Shown here one piece after another: positions 62,750 through 64,000 of a stretch of 64,000 nt of DNA. The DNA lies in contig OZ024740.1 in the NCBI GenBank assembly GCA_964016885.1, forward strand, positions 333,746,001 to 333,810,000, in the 5' to 3' direction. Position numbers and translations under genes: made by a program. The DNA comes from Eledone cirrhosa (taxonomy: Eukaryota). The notes under the pieces were generated by a model, which saw nothing but the letters and a program-made list of their open reading frames with translations, ran no database searches and was not told the DNA's origin. Position 1 is the first letter of the stretch. The number at the start of each line of letters is the position of its first letter.

Positions 62750-64000
62750 TCAATAGGTCCTTATGAATAATATAATGGGGGTAATTATATATTTAATTTG
62801 GGTTTAAATCTGTTAAGATATAGTTTTTTCTTTATTTATTACTTGTTGTTGTTTGAACGAAACTGAGCACGTAGAAAGTGGGAAGATTTTAAAGTTGGTA
62901 GGGTCATTCCTTGGCAATCTGTAGCTCAAGAGGATTTTACTCAAGGGGATTTTTTGGCGATGGATGGTCATTATTTTCCCTAATGACTCACACGTCTGTC
63001 CTATATAGTTATATCGACACCCACCGCATGTGATTACGTATATCAGTTTCTCTGAGTTACATGTGATGTCTCTTTTCACTGTAAAAGTTTGGCCATATTT
63101 CAATGTGAATGTTTGTGTTTCAATTAAGTATAGGCATGTGGCACAGTTTGTTCTTCCGCATTTTGTCACCGTGGGGTTGGAGATTGGTTGTGTATGTTTG
63201 TTCCAGTGAGAATGTCCTTACTGATTTGAGTTGCCTTTTACTTTTAATGATCTTATGTGTTACCAGGATTCTTTTCCTTCTTTCATCTGTAAATAGAATG
63301 GAGAGGTTTTAGTGTAATGTGATCGAACATTTCGGTGTTTCTGGGGTTGTAGCTGGATACATATGGTAAGGTATTGTTCGTAGTGATATTTGTCGGTATG
63401 TTGAACCATTGAAAGTAAAATAATTATTCTCAAAGATAAATCGGAGTCCGTCAATAACAAAGTTTTCTTCATGCGTATTGGTATTCCAGGTTGGTGAGTG
63501 TCTAGCCAGTACTGAATTGATGTTATTCCATAGTTGTGGCGTATGTTAGTTTAAAGGTTTCCTACGTCAACGGAGACAAGAATTGTGTCTTCACTTACTG
63601 TTTTAGGTAGCTGGTTCAGCATATCAAGGTTATGCCGTTTGTAATTATGTACATGTTTTAAGAATGGCTTTAGTAGGATATCCAGCAAGTTGCTAAGTCT
63701 GTGGATTGCACACCCAGGGCCTGCTATAATTGGTTTAATCTGAGTTTTAAGTCTTCTGGTCGTCCTAATTGGATGTTTTTGGTAGTCGAGGTGTCACAGG
63801 CATCTTTTATGACCTTACATTTGTGGGTCTTCCGTAAACCTTAAAAAGTACTTGTTTGGAATTTTGAAATGACTTGTGTATTGAAATACTTTTGTTATTA
63901 GGCTATTGTGATATTTTTGTAGTAATGCTAGGGGATTCCCCATTATTTTAGTTTGTTTATAGATTTCTGTTTTTTCGTAGTATTTGTTGTCATCTAAGAT
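62750..64000 (-). mobile_element. Degenerate PLE (N-terminal RT motifs, apparent internal deletion, Cys linker and GIY-YIG); continues beyond the window
   Basis: Patches LRKTHK, KPIIAGP, LSNLLDILLKPFL and LVSVDV at 63560-63840. Then KCGRTNCATC...LIYVITCGGC...YIGQT (62813-63169). Confidence 0.85.

Overview
This is AT-rich, microsatellite-dense eukaryotic DNA; it resembles an animal genome such as a cephalopod, but the host cannot be determined from the sequence. I found no host gene; the window is almost entirely retroelements. (1) Positions 1-5696 are about 12 near-identical 470-bp tandem units, each with a minimal type I hammerhead ribozyme (HHR), i.e. a retrozyme-like array. (2) Penelope-like elements (PLEs) include one intact 991-aa RT+GIY-YIG ORF, several fragments and a 3.85-kb palindromic copy. 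Several non-coding inverted-repeat elements also carry HHR-like motifs with non-canonical cores (CCGANGA, CAGAAGA). (3) Six roughly full-length L1/Tx1-clade LINEs from about four lineages are stacked in (TTA)n tracts; one has an intact 1139-aa ORF2, and all share a GGTAAGT splice-donor-like motif at the ORF1 end. (4) R4/Dong-like RLE LINE fragments occupy the same (TAA)n tracts in the opposite orientation. Structures were read by eye, so element boundaries are approximate.
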